The translations under genes were made by a program, and so were the position numbers. A stretch of 64,000 nucleotides of DNA. Origin: the human T2T-CHM13v2.0 reference genome, Homo sapiens. The stretch is from NCBI RefSeq assembly GCF_009914755.1, contig NC_060926.1; one strand, given 5' to 3'. This document shows positions 1 to 15,129 of this stretch, in pieces. Below the pieces are notes generated by a model. That model was not told the origin of the DNA. It saw only the letters and a list, made by a program, of their open reading frames with translations, and did no database searches. The stretch's first letter is position 1, and each line of letters begins with the position of its first letter.

Positions 1-39
1 AGGTTCGGGTATGAATTATCCTGTCACCCAGGTACTCAG

Positions 40-2088
40 CTGTATTCATGTTGCTGCAAAGGACATGATTTCATTTTTTATGGCTGTATAGTATTCCATG
101 GTGTATATGTGCCACATTTTCTTTATCCAGTACACTGTTGATGGGCACCTAGGTTGATTCCATAACTTTGCTATTGTGAATAGTGCTGCACGAATTGCAA
201 GTGCATGTGTCTTTTTGGTAGAATGATTTGTTTTCTTTTGGATACATACCCAGTAATGAGATTGCTTGGGTCGAATGGTAGCTCTACTTTTGGTTCTCTG
301 AGAAGTCTCCAAACTGCTTTCCACAGTGGCTGAACTAATTTACATTCCCTTTAACAATGTAGAAGCATTCCCTTTTCTCTGCGGCCTCAACAATATTTGT
401 TGTTTTTTGACTTTGTAATAATAGCCATTCTAACAGGTGTCAGATGGCATTTCATCGTGGTTTCGATTTGCATTTCTCCAATGATTAGTGATGATTGGCA
501 TTTTTCTATGTGTTTGTTTTCCACTTGTATGCCATTTTTTGAGAAGTGTCTGTTCATGTCTTGTGCCCATTTTTTAATGGAATTATTTGTTTTTTGCTAG
601 TTCAATTGTTTAAGTTCCTATAGATTCGGGATATGAGACCTTTGTTGGATGCATAGTTTGCAAATATTTTCTCCCAGTCTGTAGGTTGTCTGTTTACTCA
701 GTTGACTATTTCTTTTGGTGTGCAGAAGCTTTTTAGTTTAATTAGATACCACTTGTCAATTTTTTTTTTTTTTGCAATTGCTTTTGAGATCGTAGTAATA
801 AATTCTTTCCTAAGGCCCATGTCCAGAATGGTGCTTCGTAAATATTCTTCTAAGATTCTGATAGTTTGAAGTCTTACATTTAAATCTTTAATCCATCTTG
901 AGTTAGTTATTATAAATGGTGAAAGGTAGGGGTCCAACTTCATTCTTCTGCATATGGCTAGCCTGTATCCCACCACCATTTATTGAATAGGGACTTCTTT
1001 TCCCATTGCTTATTTTTGTTGATTTTGTCAAAGATTAGATGGCTGTAGGTGTGTGGCTTTATTTCTGAGTTCTCTTTTCTGTTCCATTGGCCTATCTGTT
1101 TATTTTTGTACCAGTACCATGTTGTTTTGGTTACTGTAGCCTTATAGTATAGTTTGAAGTGGATTAATGTGTTGCTTCTGGCTTTGTACATTTTGCTTAG
1201 AATTGCTTTGGTTATATAGGCTATTTTTTTGGTTCCATATGAATTTTAGAATAGTTTTTTCTAATTCTGTGAAAAATAACCTTGGTAGTTTGATAGAAAT
1301 AGCATTGAATCTGTAGATTGTTTTGGGCAATAATAAGGCCATTTTAATGATACTGATTCTTGCAATCCATGAGCATGGAATATTTTCCATTTGTTTGTCT
1401 CATCTGTGATTTCTTTTAGCAGTGTTTTGTAGTTCTCCTTGTAAAGACCTTTCACTTCCTTGGTTAGATGTATTCCTAGGTATTCTATTTTTTTGTGTGG
1501 CTATTGTAATGGGATTGCTTTTTTTCTTGGACAGTCTTACTCTGTCACCCAGACTGAAGTACAGTGGCATAATCTCTGCTCATTGCAACCTCCTCCTCTA
1601 GGGTTCAAGTGATTCCCATGCCTTGGCCTCCTGAGTAGTTGGAATTACGGGCACGCACCACCACACCAGCTAATTTTCATATTTTTAGTAGAGACAGGCT
1701 TGTTTCAAACTCCTGACTTCAGGTGATCTGCCCTCCTCAGCCTCGCAAAGTGCTGGGATTACGGGCATGAGCCACCGCGCCCAGCCGGGATTGCATTCTT
1801 GATTTGGCTCTTAGCTCGAGCTAATAACGTTCAAATGTTATTGCTGTAAAGAAATGCTACTGATTTTTGTACACTGATTTTTATATCCTGAAACTTTACT
1901 GAAGTCATTTATCAGTTCCAGGAGCTTTTTGGCAGAGTCTTTAGGCTTTTCAATGAATAGAATCCTATCATCTGCAAAGAAAGATAGTTTGAATTCTTCT
2001 TTTCATATTTGGATGCTTTTTATTTTTTTCTCATGGCTGATTGCTCTGGCAAGGACTTTCAGTACTATGATGAATAGGAGTGGTAAGA
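40..2088 (-). mobile_element. 5'-truncated L1 (L1PB/old L1PA-like), ORF2 C-terminal part
   Basis: ORF2 fragments ([32 protein letters not shown]); split by an Alu. Confidence 0.9.
1520..1786 (-). mobile_element. Alu inside L1
   Basis: Alu sequence with GGGATTGC flanking both sides. Confidence 0.9.
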
Positions 2089-3561
2089 ATCACCTTTAGA
2101 AGCACATAGTTCTCTGAAATTTGACGAATGTTTACAGTTGTGTAACCACCACCGCAATGAAGATGTAGAACAATTTCCATCCAACCAAAAGAGTTCCCTT
2201 GTGCCCTTTTGTACCCAACAATTGCCGTCACTACTAACACCTGGCAACCACTCATATGAGTTCTGTCTAGAGTTTTGTTTTTCCAGAATGTCAGGTAAAT
2301 GAAATTATACACTTGATATTCTTTTGTGTCTGGCTTCTTACAGTTGGTATAATGCCTTCGAGATTTACCTACGTTGCATGTGTTTGTGTGGATTACTATA
2401 GCATAACTGTTCCTTCTTACTACTGAGTAGTATTCCATTGTATGACTATATCACAAAGATTTGTTTATCCATTCATGGATTAATGGATATTTGGCTTGTT
2501 TCTGGTTTTTGACTTTTAGTGAATAATGCTGTTGTAAACATTTGTGTACAGGTTTGCGTGTGGACATATATTTTCATTTCTCTTGTGTCAATACCTAGGA
2601 ATGCAATGTCCGGGTCATCTGTGGTAAGTGTATGTTTAACTTTCTAAGAAGCTGTCAAACTGTTTTCCAAACTAGTTATGCCATATTACATTGCCACCAG
2701 AAGTCTATGAACATTCCAGCTGATTCACATTTTGGCTAACATTTGATATTGCCATTTTCCCTCACAGTTTTAAACATTCTAATAGGTGTGTAGTGAGTGG
2801 TCTCTTATTGTAGTTTAATTTATATTTTCTTAATGATGTTGAGTGTTTTTTCCTGTGCTGATAGCATTTTTTCTAAACTTTTTTTGGTAAAATGTTCAAA
2901 TTTTCTATGCTTTTGAAAATTGGATTGTTTTCTGATCATTGAGTTTTGAGAGTTTACTTATATTCTGGTTACCTTTCTTTGATCAGATCTATGATTTGAA
3001 AACATTTCCTCCCACTCTCTGGCTTATCTTTTCATTTTTCTTAATGTATTTCAAAGACCAGACAATTTAGAAGATCTGCTTTTTTTTTTAAAAAAAAAAA
3101 GGAGATATAATTCACAGAACATAAAATTCATCCTTTCAAAGTGTACTATTTAGTTGTTTTTATCTATACACAAAGCAATGCAATCACCATTATCTAATTC
3201 CAGAACATTTTTGTCACTCCAAAAAGAAACATCATACCTATGAGCAGTCACTGCCTACTCTCCCCTCTCCCTAGATCCTGGCAACCACTAATTTTCCTTG
3301 TATTTCTATAGATTTGCCTGTTCTGGACATCTCATGTAAATAAAATCATATAATACGTGGCCTTTGTTTCTGGTTTCTGTTATAATGTGTTCAATGTTCA
3401 TCCAATTGTAGCAGGTATCAGAACTTTATTCCTTTTTATAGCTCAGTAATATTCTATTGCATGGATATATTACATTTTGTTTATTCATTATTCATTTGAA
3501 CATTTAGATCATGGCTATTATACATAATGCTGCTATGAACATTTGTGAACAAGCTTGTGGG

Positions 3562-3854
3562 TTTATTTGTTTTTGAGACCGAGCCTTGCTCTGTTGCCCA
3601 GGCTGGAATGCAGTGGTGTGATTTCGGCTCACAGCAACCTCTGCCTCCTGGGTTCAAGTGATTCTCCTGCCTCAGCCTCCTGAGTAGCTGGTATTACAGG
3701 CATGTGCCACCATGCCTGGCTAATTTTTGTATTTTTAGTAGAGATGGGGTTTCACCATGTTGGCCAGGCTGGCCTCAAACTCCTGACCTCAAGTGATCTG
3801 TCCACCTCAGCCTCCCAAAGTGCTGGGATTCCAGGTGTGAGCCATGCGCTGGGC
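3562..3854 (-). mobile_element. AluS
   Basis: Dimeric Alu sequence. Confidence 0.93.
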
Positions 3855-4175
3855 TTATGTGCAAGTTTTTATGTGGATATATGTTTTTATTTCTTTTGAC
3901 TATATACGTTGGAATCGAGTTGCTGGGTCACATAGTAATTCTTTGCTTAACTTTCTGAGGAACTTCCAGTACTATTTATTCTCTGTCCTTTTCATACTGC
4001 CTATCCTAGTGGATGTGAAGTGGTATCTCGTTGTGGTTTTAATTTGCATTTCCCTAGTGCTAGTGATTATGGACATCTTTTCATGTCTTCTTAGCCAAAA
4101 GCATATGTATGTTTTCCTCGGAGAAATGTCTATTCAAATCCTTTGTCCTTTTACAAAGCTGGGTTCTTTATATTA

Positions 4176-4335
4176 TATATTTTTTTAAGAGATGAAGTCT
4201 TGCTGCATTGCCCAGGCTGGAGAGCGGTTTCACAATTTTAGCTCAGTGCAGCCTCAAACTCTTGTCTTTAAGTGAATCTTCTGCCTAAGCTTCCAGAGTA
4301 GCTGGGACTACAGGTGTGTGCCATCACGCCCAGCT
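4176..4335 (-). mobile_element. Alu monomer (FRAM or AluJ right arm)
   Basis: Single diverged arm. Confidence 0.8.
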
Positions 4336-4460
4336 CTTTTTATTGTTAAGTTGTAAGAGTTCAAAAAGCTGAAGTTTTAAATTTTGAAAGAAAATATACT
4401 TTTTTTACTCTGTGGTTTGAGCTTTTCGTTTGCTATATAAGCAACATTTGCCTAACCTAA

Positions 4461-4802
<342 letters not shown>

Positions 4803-5920
4803 ACTCTTTCCTTCTAGAAGTTGTTTAGTTGTTGGTTTTACATTTAGGTCTATGATCCATTTAAGTTGAATTTTGTATATGATTCAAGGTACAGGTCAAG
4901 ATTTATTCTTTTTTTAAAATCAAATTTTTATTTTTGATTTTTGTGGGTACATGGGTGTATATATTTATGGGGGACATGACATATTTTGATACAAGCATCC
5001 AATGTTAATAATCACATCATGGAAAATGGGATTATCCAATTCTTCAAGCATTTATTTTTTGTGCTACAAACAACCCAAGTATACTCTTTTAGTTATTTTA
5101 AAATGTACCATTAAATTATTTTGACTATAGTCACCATGTTATGCTATCAAATATTAGGTATTATTCATGCTTTCTAACTATTTTTTTTGGTGACCATTAA
5201 CCATCTCCACTTCCCCACCACTCCCCACTCCCCTTCCCCGCCTCTGGTAACCACCCTTCTACTGTCTGTTACCATGAGTTCAATTTTTTTGGATTTTTAG
5301 ATCCCACAAATAAGTGAGAATATGCGATGTTTGTCTTTCCTTGCCCAGCTTATTTCACTTAACATAGTGACCTGAAGTTCCATCCATGTTGTTGCAACTG
5401 ACAGAATCTTATTCTTTTTTATGGCCGAGTAGTATTCCACTGTGTGTAAGTACCACATTTTCTTTATCCATTCATCTGTTGATGGACACTTAGGTTGCTT
5501 CCAAATCTTGGCTATTGTGGACAGTACTGCAACAAACATGGGAGTGCAGATACCTCTTCAGTATACTGATTTCCTTTCTTTTGGTTATATACCCAGCAGT
5601 GGAATTGCTGGATCATATGGTAGCTATATTTTCAGTTTTTTGAGGAACCTCTAAATTGTTCTTCATAGTGGTTGTACTAATTTACATTCCCACCAACAGT
5701 GTATGAGAAAATCAATGTACTGATTTCCTTTCTTTTGGGTATATACCCAGCAGTGGAATTGCTGGATCATATGATAGCTATATTTTCAGTTTTTTGAGGA
5801 ACCTCCAAATTGTTCTTCATAGTGGTTGTACTAATTTACGTTCCCACCAACAGCGTATGAGGGTTTCCTTTTCTCCATATCCTTTCCAGAATTTGTTATT
5901 GCCTGTCTTGGATATAAGCC

Positions 5921-7293
<1,373 letters not shown>

Positions 7294-8130
7294 GGATATA
7301 AGCCATTTTAATTGGGGTGAGATGATTCTCATTGTAGTTTTGATTTGCTTTTCTCTGATGATCAGTGATGTTGAGCACTGATTGTCATGTGTATGTCTTC
7401 TTTTGAGAAATGTCTATTCAAATATTTCACCCATTTTCGAATCAGGTTATTAGATTTTTTCCAATAGAGTTGTTTGAGTTCTTTATATATTCTGGTTATT
7501 TATCCAGATATTTTCTCCCATTTTGTAGGTTTGTCTTTTCACTTTGCAAATATTTTCCCTCGTTTTGTGGGCTGTCTTTTCACTTTGTTGATTGTTTTAT
7601 TTGCTTTGCAGAAGTTTTTAAACTTGATGTGAACCCATCTGTCTGTTTTTGCTTTGGTTGCCTGTGCTTGTGAGGTATTGTTCAAAAAATTTTTCCAAGG
7701 CCAATATCCTAGAGATTTTTCCCAAAGTTTTCTTGCAGTAATTTTGTAGTTTGAGGTCTTAGATTTAAGTTCTTAATCCATTTTGATTTGGTTTTTGTAT
7801 ATGGTGAGAGGTAGGGGTCTAGTTTTATTCTTCTGCATATGGATATCCATTTTTCCCAGCACCATTTATTGAAGAGACTGTTTTTTCTCCAGTGTATGTT
7901 CTTGGTGCCTTTGTCAAAAATGAGTTCACTATAGGCATGTGGATTTGCTTCTGGGTTCTCTATTCTGTTCCATTTGTCTATGTGTCTATTTTTATGACAG
8001 TATCATGCTGTTCTGGTTACTATAGCTCTGTAGCATAATTTGAAGTCAGGTAATGTGATTCCTCTAATTTTGTTCTTTTTTTTTTTAAAATTCTCTACTT
8101 AACACCTCATTTCTGAGGAGCCTAAGTTGA

Positions 8131-9399
8131 TTTTTTTTATTATTATACTTTAAGTTCTGGGATACACGTGCAGAACATGCAGGTTTGTTACCTAGGTATA
8201 CAGGTGCCATGGTGGTTTGCTGTACCCATCAACCCGTCATCTACATTAGGTATTTCTCCTAATGTTATCTCTCCCCTTACCCTCCACCCCCTGACAGGCC
8301 CTGGTGTGTGATGGTCCCCTCCCTGTGTCCATGTGTTTTCATTGTTCAACTCCCACTTATGAGTGAGAACATGTGATGTTCAGTTTTCTATTCCTGTGTT
8401 AGTTTGCTGAGAATGATGGCTTCCAGCTGCATCCATGTCCCTGCAGAGGACATGAACTCACTCTTTTTTGTGGCTGCATAGTATTCCATGGTGTATATGT
8501 GCCACATTTTCTTTATCCAGTCTATCATTGATGGACATTTGGGTTGGTACCAAGTCTTTGCTATTGTGAATAGTGCTTCAATAAACATACATGTGCATGT
8601 GTCTTTATAGTAGAATGATTTATAATCCTTTGGCTATGTACCTAATAATGGGACTGCTGGATCAAATGGTATTTCTGGTTCTAGATCCTTGAGAAATTGC
8701 CACACTGTCTTCCACAATGGTTGAACTAATTTACACTCCCAACAACAGTGTAAAAGTGTTCCTATTTCTCCACATCCTCTCCAGCATCTATTGTTCCCTG
8801 ACTTTTTAATGATCACCCTTCTAACTGGCGTGAGATGATATCTCATTGTGGTTTTGATTTGCATTTCTCTAATGACCAGTGATGATGAGCTTTTTTTCAT
8901 ATGCTTGTTGGCTGCATAAATGTCTTCTTTTGAGAAGTGTCTGTTCATATCCTTCACCCACTTTTTGATGGGGTTGTTTGTTTTTTTCTTGTAAATTTGT
9001 TTAAGTTCCTTGTAGATTTTGGATATTAACCGTTTGTCAGATGGATAGATTGCAAAAATTTCCCCCCTTTCTCTAGGTTGCCTGTTCACTCTGATGATAG
9101 TTTCTTTTGCTGTGCAGAAGCTTTTTAGTTTAATTAGATCCCATTTGTCTATTTTGGCTTTTGTTGCCATTGCTTTTGGTGTTTTAGTCATGAAGTCTTT
9201 GCCCATGCCTATGTCCTGAATAGTATTGCCTAGATTTTCTTCTAGGGTTTTTATGGTTTTAGGTCTTACATTTAAGTCTTTAATCCATCTTGAGTTAATT
9301 TTTGGATGAGGTGTAAGGAAGGGGTCCAGTTTCAGTTTTCTGCATATGGCTAGCCAGTTTCCCCAACACCATTTATTAAATAAGGAATCCTTTCCCCAT
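8131..9399 (-). mobile_element. 5'-truncated L1PA without TSD
   Basis: ORF 8634..9206 ([20 protein letters not shown]); L1PA 3'UTR. Confidence 0.92.
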
Positions 9400-9895
9400 G
9401 AAGGTGAAAGGAGTATTATTAGGAGTACTGACTCACATGATCACAGATGAAGTCCCATAATAGGCCATCTACAAGCTGAGGAGCAGGGAAGCCCGTCCAA
9501 GTCCCAAAACCTCAAAAGTAGGGAAGCCAACAGTTCAGCCTTCAGTCTGTGGCCAAAGGGCTGAGAGACCCTGGCAAACCACTGATGTTAGTCCAAGAGT
9601 CCAAAAGCCGAAGAACTTGGAGTCTGATATTTGAGGACAGGAAGCATCCAGCATGGGGAAAAGATGAAGGCTTGAAGACTCAGCAAGTCAAGTCTTTTCC
9701 ACACTCTTCTGCCTGGTTTATTCTAGCCACTCTGGCAGCTGATTACACGGTGACCACCCAGATTGAGGGTGGGTCTGCCTCTCCTAGTCCACTGACTCAA
9801 ATGTTAATCTCCTTTGGCAACATCTTCACAGACACACCTAGGAACAATACTTTGCATCCTTCAATCCAGTCAAGTTGACACTCAATATTAAGTGT
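9400..9895 (-). mobile_element. MLT2B-like ERVL LTR, 3' end truncated
   Basis: Reverse complement of the MLT2 start TTAATATTGAGTGTCAACTTGACTGGATTGAAGG. Confidence 0.85.
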
Positions 9896-11868
9896 CACAT
9901 AGGCGCTTATAGCTATCCATTTCCCTCTTAGTACTGCTTTCATTGTAGCCCATAGGTTTTGGTATGTTGTGCTGCCATTGTCCTTCATTTAGAAAATTTT
10001 TCAATTTTCTTGTTAATTTCATTGACTCACTGGTCATTCAGGAACATATTGCTTACTTTCCATGTGTTTATATAGTTTCAAAAATTCCTGTTGTTGTTCA
10101 CTTCTCGTTTTATGAGAAATTCTGTATCAAGATAAGATACTTGATATTATTCCCATTTTTTGAATGTTTTAAGACTTGTTTTGTGCCCTAACATCTGTTC
10201 TATCCTTGAGAATGATCCATGTACTAAAGAGAAGAATGTGTATTCTGCAGCTGTTGGATAAAATGTTCTGTAAATATCTATTAGGTCCATTTGGTCTACA
10301 GTGCAGATGACATCCAATGTTTCTTTGTTGAGTTTCTGTGTGAAAGATCTGTCCAAAGCTGAAAGTGGGGTGTTGAAGTCTCCAGCTATTATTATATTAA
10401 GATCTGTCTCTCTCTTTAGCTCTATATGCTAAAGAGAGCATACAGAGTTCTGTTCATATATTTGCTTTATATAAAGCAATATGTAAATATTTGCTTTATA
10501 TAAAGCAATATGTAAATATTTGCTTTATATGTCTGAGTGCCTCAGTGTTGGATGCATATATTTACAATTGTTATATCCTGTAGCTAGACTGACCCCTTTA
10601 TCATTACAAATGACCTTTTTTTGTCTCTTCTTACAGTTTTTGTCTTGAAATCTATTTTGTCTGATATAGATATAGCTGCCCCTGCTCTTTTTTGGTTTCC
10701 ATTGGCATGGAATATCTTTTTACATACCTTTATTTTCAGTCTATGTGTATCTTTATAGGTGAAATGTGTTTCTTGTAGGCAACAGATCAATGGGTCTTGT
10801 TTTTTAAATCCATCCACCCACTTATGTCTTTTGATTAGAGAGTTTAGTCCATTTACATTCAATGTTATTATTGACAACTAGGGGCTTACTCCTGCCATTT
10901 TGTGATTTGTTTTCTGATTGTTTTGTGGTCTCCTTTTTCTTCTTTCCTTCCTTCATGTCTTCTTTTTAGTGAAGGTGATTTTCTCTGGTAGTATGATTTA
11001 GTTTCTTGCTTTTTGTTTTTTGCGCATCCACTGTTTGTATACTTTTTCTTTTAAAGTTACCATGAGGCTTGCAAATACTATTTTATAACCCACTATTTTA
11101 AACAGATGGCAACTTAACACTGATTACATAAAAAAACCAACCAAACAAACACACAAAAAGAAAACTAATACAAACTCTACAATTTAATTTCATTTTCCTG
11201 CTTTTTAACTTTTTGTTGTTTCTCTTTATGTCTTATTTTACTGTCTATGTCTTGAAAAGTTACTGTAATTATTATTCTTGATTGGGTCATCATTTAGTCT
11301 TTCTACTTAAGATAAGAGTAGTTTACACACCACAACTACAATGTTATAATAGTCTGTGTTTTTCTATGTCCTTACTATTACCAGTGAGTTTTGTTCCTTC
11401 AGATGATTTCTTTTCGCTCATTAACATCCTTTTCTGATTGAAGAACTTCCTTTAGCCTTTCTTGTAGGACAGGTTTGGTGGTGATGAAATTCCTCAGCTT
11501 TTGTTTGTCTGGGAAGGTCTTTATTTCTCCTTCATGCTTGAAGGATATTTTCATCAGATATAATATTCTAAGATAAAAGTTTTTTTTTCCCTTCAGCACT
11601 TTGAGTATGTCATGTCACTCTCTTCTGGCCTGTAAGGTTTCCATTGAAAAGTCTGCTGCCAGATGTATTGGAACTCCATTACATGTTATTTGTTTCTTTT
11701 CTCTTGCTGCTTTTAGAATCCTTCCTTTATCCTTGACCTTTGAGAGTTTCATTATTGAATGCCTTGAGGTAATCTTTGAGTTACATCAGCTTGCTGTTGT
11801 ATAACTTTGTTGTACTTGAATTTTGATTTCTTTCTCTAGGTTTGGGAAATTCTCTGATATCCTTTTGA

Positions 11869-12212
<344 letters not shown>

Positions 12213-14365
12213 AGGCAAAAAACTCTTAGATTTGCCATTTTGAGGCTATTTCCTAGATCTTTTAGGGTGCTTTATTCTTTTTTCTTTTGTCTCCTCTGAC
12301 TGTGTATTTTCCAATAGTCTGTCTTCAAGCTCAGTAATTCTTCTGCTTGATCACCTCTGCTATAAAAGTCTCTGATGCATTCTTCTGTATGCCAATCGCA
12401 TTTTTCAACTCCAGAATTTCTGCTTGATTCTTTTTAATTATTTTAATCTCTTTGTTAAATTTATCTGATGGAATTCTGAATCCCTTCTCTTTGTTATCTT
12501 CAATTTTTTTTTTTCAGTTTTCTCTAAACAACTATTTTAAATTCTCTGTCTGAAAGGTCTCATATCTTTTGTTACTCCAGGATTGGTCCCTGGTGCTCTG
12601 TTTAGTTCATTTGGTGAGGTCATGTTTTCCTGGATGGTGTTGATGCTGTCAGATGTTCTTTGGTATCCAGGCATTGAAGATTTAGATACTTATTGTAGCT
12701 TTTGCAGTCTGGGCTTGTTTGGGCCCATCCTTCTTAAGGAAGCTTTTCAGATATTTGAAGGGACTTGGACCCAAAGCCCAATATTGCTGTAGTTTTTACA
12801 GACTCATTGAGGTACCACCTTGGTGGTCTTGGATAATTCAGAGAAGAAAGAGAGTCTCTCTCCCTCTTTGCTGAGCAGCCTGGAACTGGGGATGTGGTGA
12901 TATAGGCACTCCTGTGGCCACCACCACTGCAACTGTGCTGGGTCAAGCCTGAAGCCAGCCCAGCACTGGGTCTTGCCCAAGGCCTGCTGGAACCACTACC
13001 TGGCTACCACCTATGTTCATGCAAGGCCATAGGGCTCTATGATCAGCAGTTGGCAAAGCCAGCCAGATTTATGTCCTTCCCTTCAGGGCAGTGAGTTCCC
13101 CCAGGCCCTAGGCAGGTCCAGAGATATTGTCTGGGAGCCAGGGATTAGAGTCAAAAACCTTAGAAATTTGCTAATATTCTATTTTACTGCAACTAAGCTG
13201 GCACTCAAACCACAATACAAAGTCCTTCTCACTCTTTCCTTCCCTTTCCACAGGCAAAGGAGCCTCTCTCTGTGGCCACCACCACCACTGGCCTATGGGA
13301 GGTTTTTCCAGGCCACCACCGATGTTCACTTAAAGAACAGGGGCTCTTGAGTCAGCTTGTGGTGAGTGCTGCCAGGCCTGGGACTCACCCCTCAGGGCAG
13401 TGGGCTCCCCTTTGGCTCAGGGCAGGTCCAGAAATGCTGTCCAAGAGCCTAGGCCTGGACTCAGAGACCCCAAGAGCCTTCTTGTTGCTTGACCCCACTG
13501 TGGCCAAGCTGGTACCTAAGGTGCAAGACAAACTCCCCTTTACTTTTCCCCCTGCTTTTCTCAAACAGGAGGAAATTTTTGCTGTAGTCACCACAGCTGG
13601 GAATGTGCTGGGTCACACTTGTAGTCAGCACGTCTCAGAGGCCAAGGCCCACAGTGTTACTGGTGATTATCCAGTGCCCAAGGGTTCTTTATTCAGCAGG
13701 TAATGAATCTTACCAGGACTGGGTCCTTCTCTTCAAGATAGTGGGCTCCCTTTTGGCCCGATGTGTGTTTAGAAATGTCTGAGAGCTAGGGCCTGGAATG
13801 GGGAATTCATGACTCTGCACAGTGCCCTATCATATTGTGGCTGAGCTGGTACCCGAAATGCAAGACAAAGTCACTGTTACTCTTCACAGTGAAAGACTTT
13901 TGTTGCTGTGAGCTACACTGCCTGTGGCTGGGAAAGGGGAGGTGCAAGTACTCCTGTAGCTACCCTGGCTAGTGTCTTCCTAGGTCACCTGCCACCTTAG
14001 TCCTATGGCTCTGAGCCCAGCCCGACACTGGAAGTTACCTAGGAATTGCAGACCTTGTGTTCTAGGCTGCCTTTCAAGTTTACCTAGGACCCCAGAGGAC
14101 TTTGGCTTACAGTGGCGAGGCTTGCTGAGAGACTCAGTTGCTGACTGCTGGGATGGGTGATTCCCCTCTGACTAGGTCTGGTCCAAATGCCCCCTCTGTG
14201 CACAGACACTGCCTGAACCCAGCATGGCTTTGTTCTCTGCTGTGACAGGGCAACACTGAGTTCATTGTAAAGTCCCCCAGTTGCCCCACCCTCCCTCCCT
14301 AAAGTGCACAGATCGCTATGGGGATGGGTGAGGGATGGCGTTGGGAATTCAAGACTGTCTCTCCA

Positions 14366-14672
14366 GGCTGGGCACAATGGCCCATGCCTGTAATCCCAGC
14401 ACTTTGGGAGGCTGAGGTGAGCTCATCACTTGAGGCCATGAGTTAGAGACTAGCCTGGCCAACATGGTGAAACCTTGTCTCTACTAAAAATACAAAAATT
14501 ACACGGGTGTGGTGGCACATGCCTGTAATCCCAGCTACTCAGGGGGCTGAGACACGAGGATCCCTTGAACCAGGGAGGCAGAGGTTGCAGTGAGCCAAGA
14601 CTGTGCGACTCACTGCACCTCCAGCCTGGGTGACAGAGTGAGACTTGGTTTCCAAAACAAACAAACAAAAAA
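14366..14672 (+). mobile_element. Alu in L1 5'UTR
   Basis: Dimeric Alu with (CAAA)n tail. Confidence 0.92.
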
Positions 14673-14881
14673 CCCTGTTTCTTCTATTCTTTCCAATGTC
14701 TCTTTCTGCAGTATGAAGTTACAGCCAAGTACTGTGAGTGCTCACCCAATTTTTGGTTCTTGTGACGGTGTTATTCTATGTGCAGGTATTTGTTAAATTT
14801 AGATGTTCCTTGGGGCTGGCAAATGGTGTAGGCTTCTATTCTGTTATCTTGCTTGCTCTACTCCCTCAAGGTTCATTCTTT

Positions 14882-14885
<4 letters not shown>

Positions 14886-14937
<52 letters not shown>

Positions 14938-15068
14938 TTTTGAGCATATATATATACACACACACATACACACACACATATACATATATATATATGGGAT
15001 ATATAGTCATAGTCAATGGAACCAATAATAGTATGGAGTACATACATATATATGACTATATATGTATA
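14886..15068. repeat. (TA)n/(CA)n microsatellite
   Basis: Directly visible. Confidence 0.95.
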
Positions 15069-15129
15069 ATACAATTGTTGCCTCACTATTTGTTGAAAAG
15101 ATTTTCCATTTACTTGACTTTTACTTGAT

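Noticed and set aside
14990-15062. Non-TA island as a fourth templated insert
   Set aside because: It has a small inverted repeat and L1-like text, but I found no donor in the window.
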